DNA of 63,059 nucleotides, the filler included, from Octopus bimaculoides (taxonomy: Eukaryota), in the NCBI RefSeq assembly GCF_001194135.2. It is 5 parts of 5 records of this genome, joined end to end, with 100 filler letters (N's around TTAATTAATTAA, not from the genome) between each part and the next. Parts side by side here need not be neighbours in the genome. Positions count along the whole stretch, not along the records: positions 29,601 to 34,088 come from NW_026340487.1; positions 34,189 to 45,354 come from NC_068983.1; positions 45,455 to 63,059 come from NC_068992.1; 2 more parts are not named here. One strand, given 5' to 3'. Below the pieces are notes generated by a model that saw nothing but the letters and a program-made list of their open reading frames with translations, was not told the DNA's origin and did not search any database. Each line of letters begins with the position of its first letter. Position 1 is the first letter of the stretch. A program made the position numbers and the translations under genes. This document shows, piece by piece, positions 34,003 through 50,605 of this stretch.

Positions 34003-34037
<35 letters not shown>

Positions 34038-34056
34038 GATAGATACATACATACAT

Positions 34057-34088
<32 letters not shown>

Positions 34089-34374
34089 NNNNNNNNNNNN
34101 NNNNNNNNNNNNNNNNNNNNNNNNNNNNNNNNTTAATTAATTAANNNNNNNNNNNNNNNNNNNNNNNNNNNNNNNNNNNNNNNNNNNNTATATATATGTT
34201 TATATATATATATATACTTACACACACACAGACATATATATATATATATATATATTCCTAAATGCAGAGATTGATAGACAGACAGATCATGCAAACAGAT
34301 AAATATATATAGATAAATGAATATATAGATAGTTAGATGAGAAGCAGCATAGGCAGACACGCGGACAGACACAC

Positions 34375-34377
<3 letters not shown>

Positions 34378-34453
<76 letters not shown>

Positions 34454-34564
34454 CAGAGAGACAGAGAGACGGACGGAAGGTTGGACGGTCGGACGGACGG
34501 TCGAACGGACGGTCGGACGGACATACAGACAGACAAATAAATAGATAGACAGACAGACAGACAA

Positions 34565-34634
<70 letters not shown>
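34378..34634. repeat. Compound (GATA)n/(GACA)n/(GGAC)n microsatellite
   Basis: Directly visible. Representative of many such arrays, for example 37005-37075, 37950-38000 and 59500-59660. Confidence 0.95.
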
Positions 34635-34635
<1 letters not shown>

Positions 34636-35697
34636 TTGGTGGATTTCGATACAATTCTTTGAAATACCGGTGTACAACGTTCGGCGTAACNNNNNNNNNN
34701 NNNNNNNNNNNNNNNNNNNNNNNNNNNNNNNNNNNNNNNNNNNNNNNNNNNNNNNNNNNNNNNNNNNNNNNNNNNNNNNNNNNNNNNNNNNNNNNNNNNN
34801 NNNNNNNNNNNNNNNNNNNNNNNNNNNNNNNNNNNNNNNNNNNNNNNNNNNNNNNNNNNNNNNNNNNNNNNNNNNNNNNNNNNNNNNNNNNNNNNNNNNN
34901 NNNNNNNNNNNNNNNNNNNNNNNNNNNNNNNNNNNNNNNNNNNNNNNNNNNNNNNNNNNNNNNNNNNNNNNNNNNNNNNNNNNNNNNNNNNNNNNNNNNN
35001 NNNNNNNNNNNNNNNNNNNNNNNNNNNNNNNNNNNNNNNNNNNNNNNNNNNNNNNNNNNNNNNNNNNNNNNNNNNNNNNNNNNNNNNNNNNNNNNNNNNN
35101 NNNNNNNNNNNNNNNNNNNNNNNNNNNNNNNNNNNNNNNNNNNNNNNNNNNNNNNNNNNNNNNNNNNNNNNNNNNNNNNNNNNNNNNNNNNNNNNNNNNN
35201 NNNNNNNNNNNNNNNNNNNNNNNNNNNNNNNNNNNNNNNNNNNNNNNNNNNNNNNNNNNNNNNNNNNNNNNNNNNNNNNNNNNNNNNNNNNNNNNNNNNN
35301 NNNNNNNNNNNNNNNNNNNNNNNNNNNNNNNNNNNNNNNNNNNNNNNNNNNNNNNNNNNNNNNNNNNNNNNNNNNNNNNNNNNNNNNNNNNNNNNNNNNN
35401 NNNNNNNNNNNNNNNNNNNNNNNNNNNNNNNNNNNNNNNNNNNNNNNNNNNNNNNNNNNNNNNNNNNNNNNNNNNNNNNNNNNNNNNNNNNNNNNNNNNN
35501 NNNNNNNNNNNNNNNNNNNNNNNNNNNNNNNNNNNNNNNNNNNNNNNNNNNNNNNNNNNNNNNNNNNNNNNNNNNNNNATATATATATATATATATGCAT
35601 ATATATGTATATATATATATATGTATATATATGCATATATATATATAAATATACACATATATATATATATATATACATTTATCTATCTATAAATATG

Positions 35698-35730
<33 letters not shown>

Positions 35731-35909
35731 ATGTATACATTGCATACAGAGAAATAGATATGTGTATAACTGTGTACGCGCGTATATATATATATTTTTT
35801 ATATTGATGCATGTTTATATGATGCATGTTTATATGATGCATAAACGTGTGTGTGTGGGTGGTGACGTGATTGTGTTTGTGTGTGTGTGTGTGTGTGGGT
35901 GTATGTGTA

Positions 35910-35941
<32 letters not shown>

Positions 35942-37003
35942 TGTGTGTATCTTGTTCGGCTTCATAGTGTCTCTATGAAATGTCATTCGCAGCTTAAACA
36001 TCACATTATAGCTTTATAGTAGGAAATGTTCCCCCAGTGCCTGTATATTCCATGCACATGCACACAGACACAAAAGCATACGCGCCCGGAGACACAGAAA
36101 CGAACGCTCAAGCGCACAAACGAGCGTGTTCGTTCCCATTTCTAACTACGTATATGTATATATATATATATNNNNNNNNNNNNNNNNNNNNNNNNNNNNN
36201 NNNNNNNNNNNNNNNNNNNNNNNNNNNNNNNNNNNNNNNNNNNNNNNNNNNNNNNNNNNNNNNNNNNNNNNNNNNNNNNNNNNNNNNNNNNNNNNNNNNN
36301 NNNNNNNNNNNNNNNNNNNNNNNNNNNNNNNNNNNNNNNNNNNNNNNNNNNNNNNNNNNNNNNNNNNNNNNNNNNNNNNNNNNNNNNNNNNNNNNNNNNN
36401 NNNNNNNNNNNNNNNNNNNNNNNNNNNNNNNNNNNNNNNNNNNNNNNNNNNNNNNNNNNNNNNNNNNNNNNNNNNNNNNNNNNNNNNNNNNNNNNNNNNN
36501 NNNNNNNNNNNNNNNNNNNNNNNNNNNNNNNNNNNNNNNNNNNNNNNNNNNNNNNNNNNNNNNNNNNNNNNNNNNNNNNNNNNNNNNNNNNNNNNNNNNN
36601 NNNNNNNNNNNNNNNNNNNNNNNNNNNNNNNNNNNNNNNNNNNNNNNNNNNNNNNNNNNNNNNNNNNNNNNNNNNNNNNNNNNNNNNNNNNNNNNNNNNN
36701 NNNNNNNNNNNNNNNNNNNNNNNNNNNNNNNNNNNNNNNNNNNNNNNNNNNNNNNNNNNNNNNNNNNNNNNNNNNNNNNNNNNNNNNNNGAATGATGCAT
36801 AGCGACAGCGGTAGTTTTCACGGATGTAATTCGTTGGGACATGTGTTGCTATAAATATTCAACGAAACACTCACACACACGTACACAAACACATACACAC
36901 ACACACACGCGCGCACACACGCGCACACACGCACACGCACTTACACGCACACGCACACACATGTATGTCTGTATTTGTCTTAGATCTCCTACACGTTCAG
37001 TAC

Positions 37004-37057
<54 letters not shown>

Positions 37058-37349
37058 GTCTGCCTATTTATCTATCTAAGTAGCAGACTAGATATGTTTA
37101 ACTCTACGTATTTATAGCTGTTGTTCCTCTACCTGTCTATTTTAACGTTATATCTATTTATCTATCAGTCAAACTCTAATTGAGCTTAGGTTCGAAAAGT
37201 CAAAGTCTACTTTTATTTTTCACGCGCGCCAGAATATTACATCTTGTTTATATGTGTGTGTGTATATGTATACACACAAAGTATTGTACCCACGCAACAA
37301 CATACATACATACATACATACATACATACATACGTATATATATAAATAT

Positions 37350-37947
37350 ATAGCTTGTTTCCGAACCGCATCGATTCAGGCTGTCCTACTACTTGGCACC
37401 TTCGGCAAGTCACTTCTACTATAGCCTCCGGCCGACCGAGGACTTCTAAGGGGATTTGGTAGACGGAAACTGAAAGAAGCCTGGCATATGCATATATTCT
37501 TTTATTTGTTTCAGTTATTTGACTGCTGCCATGCTGGAGCACCGCCTTTAGTCGAGCAAATCGGCCCCAGGACTTATTCTTTGGATGCCTAGTACTTATT
37601 ATATCGGCCCGAACAGCTAAGTTACGGGGACGTAAACACAACACCATCGGCTGTCAAGCGATGTTGGGGGGACAAACACAGACACAAACATTTACACAGA
37701 CATGCATGCATATGTACCCACACACACACACACACACATATNNNNNNNNNNATATATATATATCGACGGCTTCTTTCAGTTTCCGTGTACCAAATCTACT
37801 CACAAGGATTTGGTCGGCGCTAGGCTATAGTAGAAGACACTTGCTCAATGTGCCACGCAGTGGGACTGAACCCGGAACCATGTGGTTGGTAAGCAAGCTA
37901 CTTATCACACTGCTGCTCCTGCGCCTATATAGATAGATTTGAATAGG

Positions 37948-37998
<51 letters not shown>

Positions 37999-39145
37999 CT
38001 ATAATCAGCTCTGCATCTAAGTAGATGGAGTTGCATGCTCATATTTGGGAGTTATAAACTTACTAATTCAAAGGTATACATTCATCCATGCGCGCCCTTA
38101 TATACATGCAATACTTGCCCTTGTACTCACAAAAAAAAAAAAAAAACTCTCCCACCAGATACAGCAAGATGTGGGTGTGTGATTGTGAGTTTGTGGACGT
38201 GTGCGTGGGGAGGGCGTAATATGTCTGTGTGTGCATGTGCATGAGTATTCCTGAATTTTTCTAATAAAAGGTCATTGCTTTCTTTCTACAGTTTTTATTT
38301 ACCTTCTTAAATCCATCGTTATAAGTGACATGAACACGGTTGGATCGCTAGCGCGCTGTATAAACCTCTTACTGACATTTCTTCCGAGTTATTTACGTCC
38401 TGATTTCAAGTCACGCCGAGATAGAGTGTGCATCACACCATTTAGGGGGCGAAAAGAAAAAAAAAACGTACTAGTTGATCCCTGTGGTAGAACTATTGGA
38501 TGAGCCATATGACACCAAACTTTCAAGTATTTTACTTGCAGTTAAACTGGTTATTTGCAGCTGAGTTGGCAGAATTTTTACCGCGTCTAACAAAATAGGT
38601 AGCAGCATTTCATCCGGCAGTTCAATCCAGTCGCAGTCGACATTACCATTCATCTGTTCTACCTCGATCAAATAAGTAGTAAGTCATTCATTTGGATCAG
38701 TTTAATCTGCTTACCCACTTCAAACAGATTTTCATGGCTTGTATGCATATATACTCCTTACTATTTTACTTGCTTCAGTCATTTGACTACGGCCATGCTG
38801 GAGCACCGCCTTTAGTCGAACAAATCGATCCCGGGACTTATTCTTTGTAAGCCTAATACTTATTCTATCGGACTCTTTTGCCGAACAGCTAGTTGACGGG
38901 GACATAAATACACCAGCATCGGTTGTCAAGCAATGCTAGGGAGACAAACACAGACACGCAGACACAGGCACAGACACACACACACACACATACACACACA
39001 TATATGTATATTTATATATATACATATATGTGGCGGGCTTCTTTCAGTTTCCATCTACCAAATCTACTCTCAAGGCGTTGGTCGTCCGAGGCTATAGTAG
39101 AAGACATTCATCCAAGATGCCACGCAGTGGGACTGAACCCGATAA
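37350..39145. mobile_element. Cluster of SINE family C copies in both orientations
   Basis: Copies at about 37355-37490 (+), 37490-37925 (-) and 38750-39145 (-). Confidence 0.8.
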
Positions 39146-39149
39146 ATGA

Positions 39150-41360
<2,211 letters not shown>

Positions 41361-41738
41361 TCTAGATCATATTCATGGTGTAGCAGCAGCAGCAGTATCG
41401 GTGATAGAAGTAGTACTACTAGTCTATTTCTATGGTATGTTTTGAAGCAGTGTTAGTATTGCACGTTTTGTTTTTCCAGCCGACATACGGCGATTTATGT
41501 TTACTGGCTGTTCTTAACATGGTCGCATTTTCATAAGCATACACACACACACACACACACATATTCCTACTCATCCCTTCACATTGTCGCTTTCTCATGG
41601 TGTTTACGTGTACGCCTGTATGCATGCATTTATGTCAGTCTCTTTCATGCTTTATTTACCTCTTTCTATCTATCTGCATACACAGACATATAAGTTCATA
41701 TAGGTGAGATTTGTATAAATTAATGTATATACAATATA

Positions 41739-41774
<36 letters not shown>

Positions 41775-43043
41775 NNNNNNNNNNNNNNNNNNNNNNNNNN
41801 NNNNNNNNNNNNNNNNNNNNNNNNNNNNNNNNNNNNNNNNNNNNNNNNNNNNNNNNNNNNNNNNNNNNNNNNNNNNNNNNNNNNNNNNNNNNNNNNNNNN
41901 NNNNNNNNNNNNNNNNNNNNNNNNNNNNNNNNNNNNNNNNNNNNNNNNNNNNNNNNNNNNNNNNNNNNNNNNNNNNNNNNNNNNNNNNNNNNNNNNNNNN
42001 NNNNNNNNNNNNNNNNNNNNNNNNNNNNNNNNNNNNNNNNNNNNNNNNNNNNNNNNNNNNNNNNNNNNNNNNNNNNNNNNNNNNNNNNNNNNNNNNNNNN
42101 NNNNNNNNNNNNNNNNNNNNNNNNNNNNNNNNNNNNNNNNNNNNNNNNNNNNNNNNNNNNNNNNNNNNNNNNNNNNNNNNNNNNNNNNNNNNNNNNNNNN
42201 NNNNNNNNNNNNNNNNNNNNNNNNNNNNNNNNNNNNNNNNNNNNNNNNNNNNNNNNNNNNNNNNNNNNNNNNNNNNNNNNNNNNNNNNNNNNNNNNNNNN
42301 NNNNNNNNNNNNNNNNNNNNNNNNNNNNNNNNNNNNNNNNNNNNNNNNNNNNNNNNNNNNNNNNNNNNNNNNNNNNNNNNNNNNNNNNNNNNNNNNNNNN
42401 NNNNNNNNNNNNNNNNNNNNNNNNNNNNNNNNNNNNNNNNNNNNNNNNNNNNNNNNNNNNNNNNNNNNNNNNNNNNNNNNNNNNNNNNNNNNNNNNNNNN
42501 NNNNNNNNNNNNNNNNNNNNNNNNNNNNNNNNNNNNNNNNNNNNNNNNNNNNNNNNNNNNNNNNNNNNNNNNNNNNNNNNNNNNNNNNNNNNNNNNNNNN
42601 NNNNNNNNNNNNNNNNNNNNNNTATACATACACACATATATACATATGATGTTGTGCGTAGGCGTTCATCACGCGGCAATGATCTTGCCTTTTGTCTTTC
42701 GAATTCTAACTTCGTTAATCCTTAAGTTTGCCCTGAATAAATGACATATAAAGAAGTGTGTTACTGTAATGAAAATTTCTTATGTTTCTTGTATAATGCT
42801 GTTGGCAATATTAGGTTTACTTCTTCTGTACTATGTACTACTACTATTGCAGCTGGTCCTATTAGTGTTACTACTACTCTAGATGTATTACCTTTGCTCG
42901 CTGTCACATTCACATGTCGATGTGTTATCGACGTTCACCGGTTAGCGGCAGAAACGATGTATTTATGTGTGTGTGTGTATAAATATATATGTATATACAT
43001 ATTTACATATGTGTGTGTATGTATGTATGAGTGCTTGTATCTT

Positions 43044-43087
<44 letters not shown>

Positions 43088-43282
43088 NNNNNNNNNNGTG
43101 TGTGTGTGTGTGTGTGTATGTGTGTGTGTGTGTATTTGCATGCATACGTGTATACGTTTGTGTACATGTGTGATTGTTGTGTGTCTTTATCTACCTTTCT
43201 CTATACATACATATATACATGCACGTACACACGCACATATATATTTATGTACATACATACATAAATGTATCTGTGTATATAC

Positions 43283-43317
<35 letters not shown>

Positions 43318-43959
43318 NNNNNNNNNNNNNNNNNNNNNNNNNNNNNNNNNNNNNNNNNNNNNNNNNNNNNNNNNNNNNNNNNNNNNNNNNNNNNNNNNNN
43401 NNNNNNNNNNNNNNNNNNNNNNNNNNNNNNNNNNNNNNNNNNNNNNNNNNNNNNNNNNNNNNNNNNNNNNNNNNNNNNNNNNNNNNNNNNNNNNNNNNNN
43501 NNNNNNNNNNNNNNNNNNNNNNNNNNNNNNNNNNNNNNNNNNNNNNNNNNNNNNNNNNNNNNNNNNNNNNNNNNNNNNNNNNNNNNNNNNNNNNNNNNNN
43601 NNNNNNNNNNNNNNNNNNNNNNNNNNNNNNNNNNNNNNNNNNNNNNNNNNTATATTATTACAATTAAAAGGGTAAAGGTTTATTATCAATTCATTAATTT
43701 ATTAATAAATTAACAATTAATAATTAATAATTTTTACCAAGCTCTTCGGTGTGTAAACACCATTATCGGTGGAGAACTTATTTAAAAGTTATAAGTGTAT
43801 ATATAAGGTTGAGGAGGGTACTGGATCTTCCCAGAAACAGCTGTAAGACTCTATCCATAAAATACTTCCCCAACCTTACCGTTGCTCTCTTTATCTTTTT
43901 GTTTTTATATATTTACATATATATATATATATACACACACTTATATATATATATGTATA

Positions 43960-45354
43960 ATGACGATGGTGATGATGATAGCGATGGGGAGGAGGACACG
44001 GCAGAGGATTCGTGGAGGAGTCGGCTTGTGTGTTAGTACTGTTGCTGATGTTATGCTCATGATAATGATTGTAGTAATGATAAACCATGATGCTTCTCTG
44101 TATGGTGATGTTTACAACACTGTTAAACTGTTCAGGGTAACGATATTGTTGTTGAAATGGCAGTTGCCGTCGTTCTTGTTTTTGTTGATAATGATGACGA
44201 TAATGATGATGAGGAGGATGTTGCCGCTGGAGATGATGGTGAAGTTAGCGTTGGTGGGGATAAATGTGAAAGCCCCGGTTGAGATAAAGAATATGATAAC
44301 GCTGCTGGGTTTTCTTGATCTGTTGAAGCCGCCTGTTGTGCTGCCACTGCTACTGGTGCTACTGCTACTAGTAAAGGTGTTGATAATGAGGGATAAGGCG
44401 AAAATTGAAAAAGGTGATAATGGAGATGTTTACGGTAACAGAGACAGTAGCAATAACGGGAAAAGCAATGAGGGATACGAAGATGAAGATGGCAAGACGA
44501 CGACGACGACGACGAGGCGGTAGAAACGACTATACAGACGAACTCGTTAAAGGGGATATTGATTACAAAGACGACGATGATGATGACGACGACGACCACG
44601 ACGACGACGACGCTGATGATGATGATGATGATGATGATGATGACATTGGTGGTGACGTTGGTGGTCGTCGTGATAACGATGACGATGACACTGATGGTGA
44701 CAGTGGAGGTGGTGATGATGATGACGATGGTGGTGGTGGTGGTCGTCGTCGTCGTCGTGTTGATGATAATGATGATGACGATGATGGTGGCGGTGGAGGT
44801 GGTGATGATGATAATGATGATGGTGATGGTGGTGACGGTGGTGGTGGTGGTGGTTGCTTTGGTGGTGGTCCTCGGGTTGGCGGTGGTGATGATGAGAGAC
44901 CGAAACGACGATAACAACAGTGGCAAATACGATGACGATGACGAACACGACAGCCAAGATTGCAGAGGTGGCGACGAGGATCATAAGGAATGAATGAAGA
45001 CACGGAAATGATGTTTTCATGATAGTTATGACAACGACTATAATAATGAAGAAGATAATACCGATGACGATGATGGCGATGATGATGATTATGATGACGC
45101 TGATGTTGATGACGATGATGATGGTAGTGTTGATGGAACGAATAATAATGATCGTGATGGTGGCGACGACGATTACAAAGCCATGGATGATTAGGACGAT
45201 AACGACGACGACGAAGACGATAACGACGACGACGATGACGACGACGACGATGACGACGACGATAACGACGACGATAACGACGACGACGATGACGGCGACG
45301 ATAACGACGACGATAACGACGACGATAACGACGACGACGATGACGACGGCAATG
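43960..45354. repeat. Degenerate trinucleotide low-complexity array (GAT/GAC/GGT)
   Basis: Homopolymeric ORFs in all frames, with no splice or domain support. Confidence 0.85.
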
Positions 45355-45529
45355 NNNNNNNNNNNNNNNNNNNNNNNNNNNNNNNNNNNNNNNNNNNNTT
45401 AATTAATTAANNNNNNNNNNNNNNNNNNNNNNNNNNNNNNNNNNNNNNNNNNNNTTCCCTATTAATTTTTATAACATTATTTTTATCATCATCATCATCA
45501 TCATTATTATTATTATTATTATTATTATT

Positions 45530-45838
45530 TCATCCTTTTGAGGACGATAAAATAAGTACCAGTTGAACACTGGAGGTTGATGCAATTGACTTAGCCCCCC
45601 TGCCCAAACCTGCTGGCCTTGTGCCAAAATCTGAAACCATTATTATTGTTAAGGTGGTGAGCTGGCAGAATTGTTAGCACACCAGGCGAAATGCTTAATA
45701 GTATTTTGTCTGCCGCTATGTTCTGAGTTCAAATTCCGCCGAGGTCGATGAAATAAGTACCAGTTATGCACTGGGGGTCGATGTAACCAACATAATTCCA
45801 TCCTTCAAATTTGAGGCCTTGTGCTTACATTAGAAAAG

Positions 45839-45878
<40 letters not shown>

Positions 45879-46880
45879 CTACAGTGGCAGACTGGCAGAA
45901 TTGTTAGCACACCAGGCAAAATTCTCCATGGAGTATTTTGTCTGCTGCTTTGTTCTGAGTTCAAATTCCGCTGAGGTTGACTTTGCCCTTGATGAAATAA
46001 GTACCAGTTATGCACTGAGGTCGGTACAATCGACTAGTCCCCCACCCATCTTCCCCAAAATATTTCATGGCCTTGTGCCTAGAATCGAAATAATAATTAT
46101 TATTATTATTTCCATGGCGGTGAACTAGCAGAACTGTTAGTGCACCAGATGAAATGCTTAGCGGCATTTCACCTGTTGCTATTTTCTGAGTTCAAATTCC
46201 GCTGAGGTCAACCTTGCCTTTCATCCTTTCAGGGTTGATAAAATAGGTACCAGTTGAACACTGGGGTCAATGTAATCGACTCCTCCCTTCTCCCAAAACT
46301 GCTGCCCTTGTGGCTAAATTTGAAGTCATTATTACTACTGTTGTTAATTATTATTATTATTATTATTATCATTATTTTTCTAAGGCAGTGAGCTAGCAGA
46401 ATCATTAACACACCGGACAAAATGCTTTACAGCATTTCTTCTGTCTTTACATCTTCATGTTCTGAGTTCAAATTCTGCTGAGGTTAACTTTCCCCTCTCA
46501 TCCTTTCAGGGTTGATAAAATAGGTACCAGTTGAACACTGGCAGGGTTTGATGTAATCGACTTCCCCCCCTCCTTTTAAAGACAGGCCCCTGTGCCAAAA
46601 TTTGAAATCATCATCATTATTATTATTATCATTTCTAAGGCGGTGAGCTGGCAGAATCGTTAGCACGCTGGACAAAATGCTTAGCGGTATTTCGCCTGTT
46701 GCTAGTTCTGAGTTCAAATTCTGCTGAGGTCGACTTTACCTTTCATCCTTTTGGGGGTCGATAAATTAAGTGCCACTGAAACACTGAGGTCGATGTAATC
46801 AACGAGGGCCCTCCCCCAAATTTCAAGCCTTGTGCCTCATGTAGAAAGGATTATTATTATTATTATTATTATTACTACTT
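45530..46880 (+). mobile_element. Head-to-tail array of six family A SINEs separated by (ATT)n
   Basis: Copies at about 45530, 45652, 45882, 46115, 46382 and 46637. Confidence 0.9.
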
Positions 46881-47311
46881 CATTGTCATATTTTTGTAAC
46901 ATTCCTCATTGTCAACAGTTTTGACAGTCTCTCTGTGTTCTGCCTTTTTCATACTCATTATTTCTGCTTTTCTATTTATATGCATCTATATAAATGTATG
47001 TATTACATACATACACACACACATACATACATACATATGTATAACTATTATCATTTTATGTCCATTTTCTATGCTGGCATGGTTTGGACAGGCCACCACG
47101 GTTTGAGTCAACATATTTTTGGGTGCTGTGCTCATTTAGATGTGCAAATGACTTGCATCACACTCTGGAGTTTCACTTTTGGCTTGGTTTCTGTACATGA
47201 AATGTCATGTCTTATTCTCTCTCTCTCTAGCATTCACATACATTTTCATGTAAAATAAAAAGATTTTGTGCTTGTATGTTTATTTGTCTGTGTGCACATG
47301 CATGTTTTTGT

Positions 47312-47350
<39 letters not shown>

Positions 47351-47376
47351 TTTATATATATGTATGTATATAATTC

Positions 47377-47699
47377 AAGTGATATTTATCCTTGCTTAAA
47401 AGTGGATGTGTTGTGTTAGAACACAAAATACTGCATTAGTTACCACGAGAGAATCTCTCGTATGGACTTGTGGTGCATATAAGCCCTTGTGCTTGTATCG
47501 CTAGCAGGAGATAATTGTCCGCTACCGCTGCCAGAACTACCTGATCATGTGATTTCAGCCTTCCTTGTACTAATCTCCCACTAGCGATATAGACACGAGT
47601 GCTTATATGCATCACAAGTCCATGTGAGAGGTTTTCTCGTAAATAAGTGTTTTGTGTTGTAACACAGCATCCACTTTTAAGTGGGAATAAATATTACTT
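47377..47699. mobile_element. MITE-like foldback element with imperfect arms of about 135 bp
   Basis: CTTAAAAGTGGATG...GCTAG on the left aligns to the reverse complement of CTAGCG...CATCCACTTTTAAG on the right. Confidence 0.8.
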
Positions 47700-47731
47700 T
47701 TTGTATTAATCCTTCTTCTGTCACTATTAAT

Positions 47732-47768
<37 letters not shown>

Positions 47769-49274
47769 GTAAGAGCCAAGGATCAAGGTGTAGGAAGTTA
47801 GTAAGCTTCAAGCAGTCCGTAGAAGGTATAAAAAACAACTTTCAGGAACAATAGTGGTTTACTAGCATAGAGGGTTGGTTAATTTTTTTCCCATATCGAA
47901 GTTTGATTAGCTGGAAAAAGTTATTTTATAGTTCATGGTTAGCAACTGCGAATAAAAATTTAGAATTGGCGGGATGGAGCAGATAAAATCCAGGCTACAT
48001 CTGATTCATGTCTAGCAGAACNNNNNNNNNNNNNNNNNNNNNNNNNNNNNNNNNNNNNNNNNNNNNNNNNNNNNNNNNNNNNNNNNNNNNNNNNNNNNNN
48101 NNNNNNNNNNNNNNNNNNNNNNNNNNNNNNNNNNNNNNNNNNNNNNNNNNNNNNNNNNNNNNNNNNNNNNNNNNNNNNNNNNNNNNNNNNNNNNNNNNNN
48201 NNNNNNNNNNNNNNNNNNNNNNNNNNNNNNNNNNNNNNNNNNNNNNNNNNNNNNNNNNNNNNNNNNNNNNNNNNNNNNNNNNNNNNNNNNNNNNNNNNNN
48301 NNNNNNNNNNNNNNNNNNNNNNNNNNNNNNNNNNNNNNNNNNNNNNNNNNNNNNNNNNNNNNNNNNNNNNNNNNNNNNNNNNNNNNNNNNNNNNNNNNNN
48401 NNNNNNNNNNNNNNNNNNNNNNNNNNNNNNNNNNNNNNNNNNNNNNNNNNNNNNNNNNNNNNNNNNNNNNNNNNNNNNNNNNNNNNNNNNNNNNNNNNNN
48501 NNNNNNNNNNNNNNNNNNNNNNNNNNNNNNNNNNNNNNNNNNNNNNNNNNNNNNNNNNNNNNNNNNNNNNNNNNNNNNNNNNNNNNNNNNNNNNNNNNNN
48601 NNNNNNNNNNNNNNNNNNNNNNNTATATTTATATATATATTTATGTATATATATATATATTTATATATTTATATTTATTTATATGTATATATATTTATAT
48701 ACATATGCATACACACACACTCATATATATGCATTGGGAGGCATTATAAAGTCATTGTGTTATTAAGTTTTTATAACTTATGTTCAACACATGACTATTA
48801 ATCTATGAAGATCATTTAGAAATTTATTGCATTGATTATATTGTCATCAATCAATACATTTATAATAATTACTTTATTTTATGTAGACATTATATGTAAA
48901 CTTAACCCTCATTGCACAAATTATACTTTTGTTGATGTAATATGCTAATCATATGCTAATCAGTTTTTGCTTATCTTTTGCTGGTGTAATATGCTAATCA
49001 GTTTTTGACTAATCGTTCAATTAGTAAAAATAAAATGAGCATGCTGTGGTATATAATGAAACGTAGAGAATTCCAGAAAGTACCCCAAGTTACATTTTGG
49101 TTTCTTGAGTCATAGTGATGGTGAATATGTTTAAAATTGACAATATTAGGAAGAAATCTATTTATATATGTAATATCAGTTCTTCTATTGAGCCTCTTCA
49201 CTGATTAATTCTAGAGTTATTCAAAATTAAAGTACATAAGTAGTTTATAATGATCCTAAATATACAAAGCTGTG

Positions 49275-49316
<42 letters not shown>

Positions 49317-49651
49317 CACATACATGCATAAGTTTATACACTCATGTAGCTTTCTAAGTAAAATTGAACAAAGATAAAATAAATGTATATACATGCATTG
49401 TGAGTGGGTTTGGTAAACGGAAACTAAAAGAGGCCTGTTGTGTGTCTGTCCTTCACCACTGCTTGACAACCAGTGCTGGTTTGTTTATGTCCTCATGTCT
49501 TAACAGGTCAGTATATGAGATCAGAAGAATAAGTACAAGACCTTAAAAAGAAAAAAAAAACTACTGGGGTGAATTCATTTGGCTAAAAACCCTCCAAAGT
49601 GATGCTCCAGCATGGGGCATCAATCCAATTACTGAAACAAGTAAAAGATTA

Positions 49652-49688
<37 letters not shown>

Positions 49689-50410
49689 ATGGCTGCAACT
49701 CAGTTTTGAGTAATGCCATTACTTTTCAGTCCTGCCAGGAACTGACACTTTTTGGTTCAAATCTGGCAACGATGGGCACTTCTTGCAATAGGTGTTACAA
49801 AATTGTTTCGGTGAACCGTCTTCATATGATATTTTATGCAAGGAGAGGTGCTGTATAACGGATAATCAACAACATATGAGCAATCATATGATTTTTGGAT
49901 TTGCTCCGATTATACAATACTGATCAGATGTTTTCTGCTATAACTTTGAGCTAACCAAAGCTTTGTGAGTGGAATTTGTAGACAGAAGCAGTATGAAGCC
50001 TGGCACATATATTTGGGTTGGTGGGGTTTGTATTTTCCTGTTGTCTTGATGTTTGCACACTGCTAAAAAAAAATGTCACTATGTTTGTAATGTTATCTTG
50101 GTTTATATGTAACTGAAAATATGTCCAGTCACTGAGCTGTTTATTATTCAAGGAGAAATAGTACTTTCTTTGGAAACAAATGATTGTTGGGGGTTCAACA
50201 AAAACATTAAAAAGCTCAGTAAGTTTTGTCTAACCCATGCCATCATGGAAAAGTATATATTGGATAATGATTTTATATATATATATATGTATGTATATAC
50301 ATGGTAAACAAATGTACAATGATGAGGGGATAAGTGTGTAATATATATATGTACACACACATATATGTAATGGAATTACAAATAGAATGTCCTTAGCACA
50401 GTATTATATA

Positions 50411-50569
50411 TTTGAAAAAAAGAATAGAAATGGTTTTTCTGATAATTTTTCCACTTTAATATTTAGATGTTTATAAGTTGTTGGGTGTTTGTAACACCAA
50501 ATAATTTATAAGCATCTAATTTATTAAAGTGGAAAAAATTATCAGAAAAGCTAGTTCTATTCTTTTATT

Positions 50570-50573
<4 letters not shown>
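50411..50573. repeat. Long near-perfect palindrome (about 80-bp arms, 3-nt loop)
   Basis: TTTGAA...GGTGTT-tgt-AACACC...TTCAAA. Confidence 0.9.

Positions 50574-50605
<32 letters not shown>

Noticed and set aside
44561-44584. FLAG-tag-like DYKDDDDD
   Set aside because: It lacks the final Lys and sits in a natural GAC/GAT array, and GATTACAAAG recurs at 45171. This is chance, not vector contamination.
43960-45354. Long Thr/Ile, Asp/Gly, His and Met-rich ORFs as a second mucin or acidic protein
   Set aside because: All frames are open because of trinucleotide composition; there are no splice signals or ordered repeat unit.
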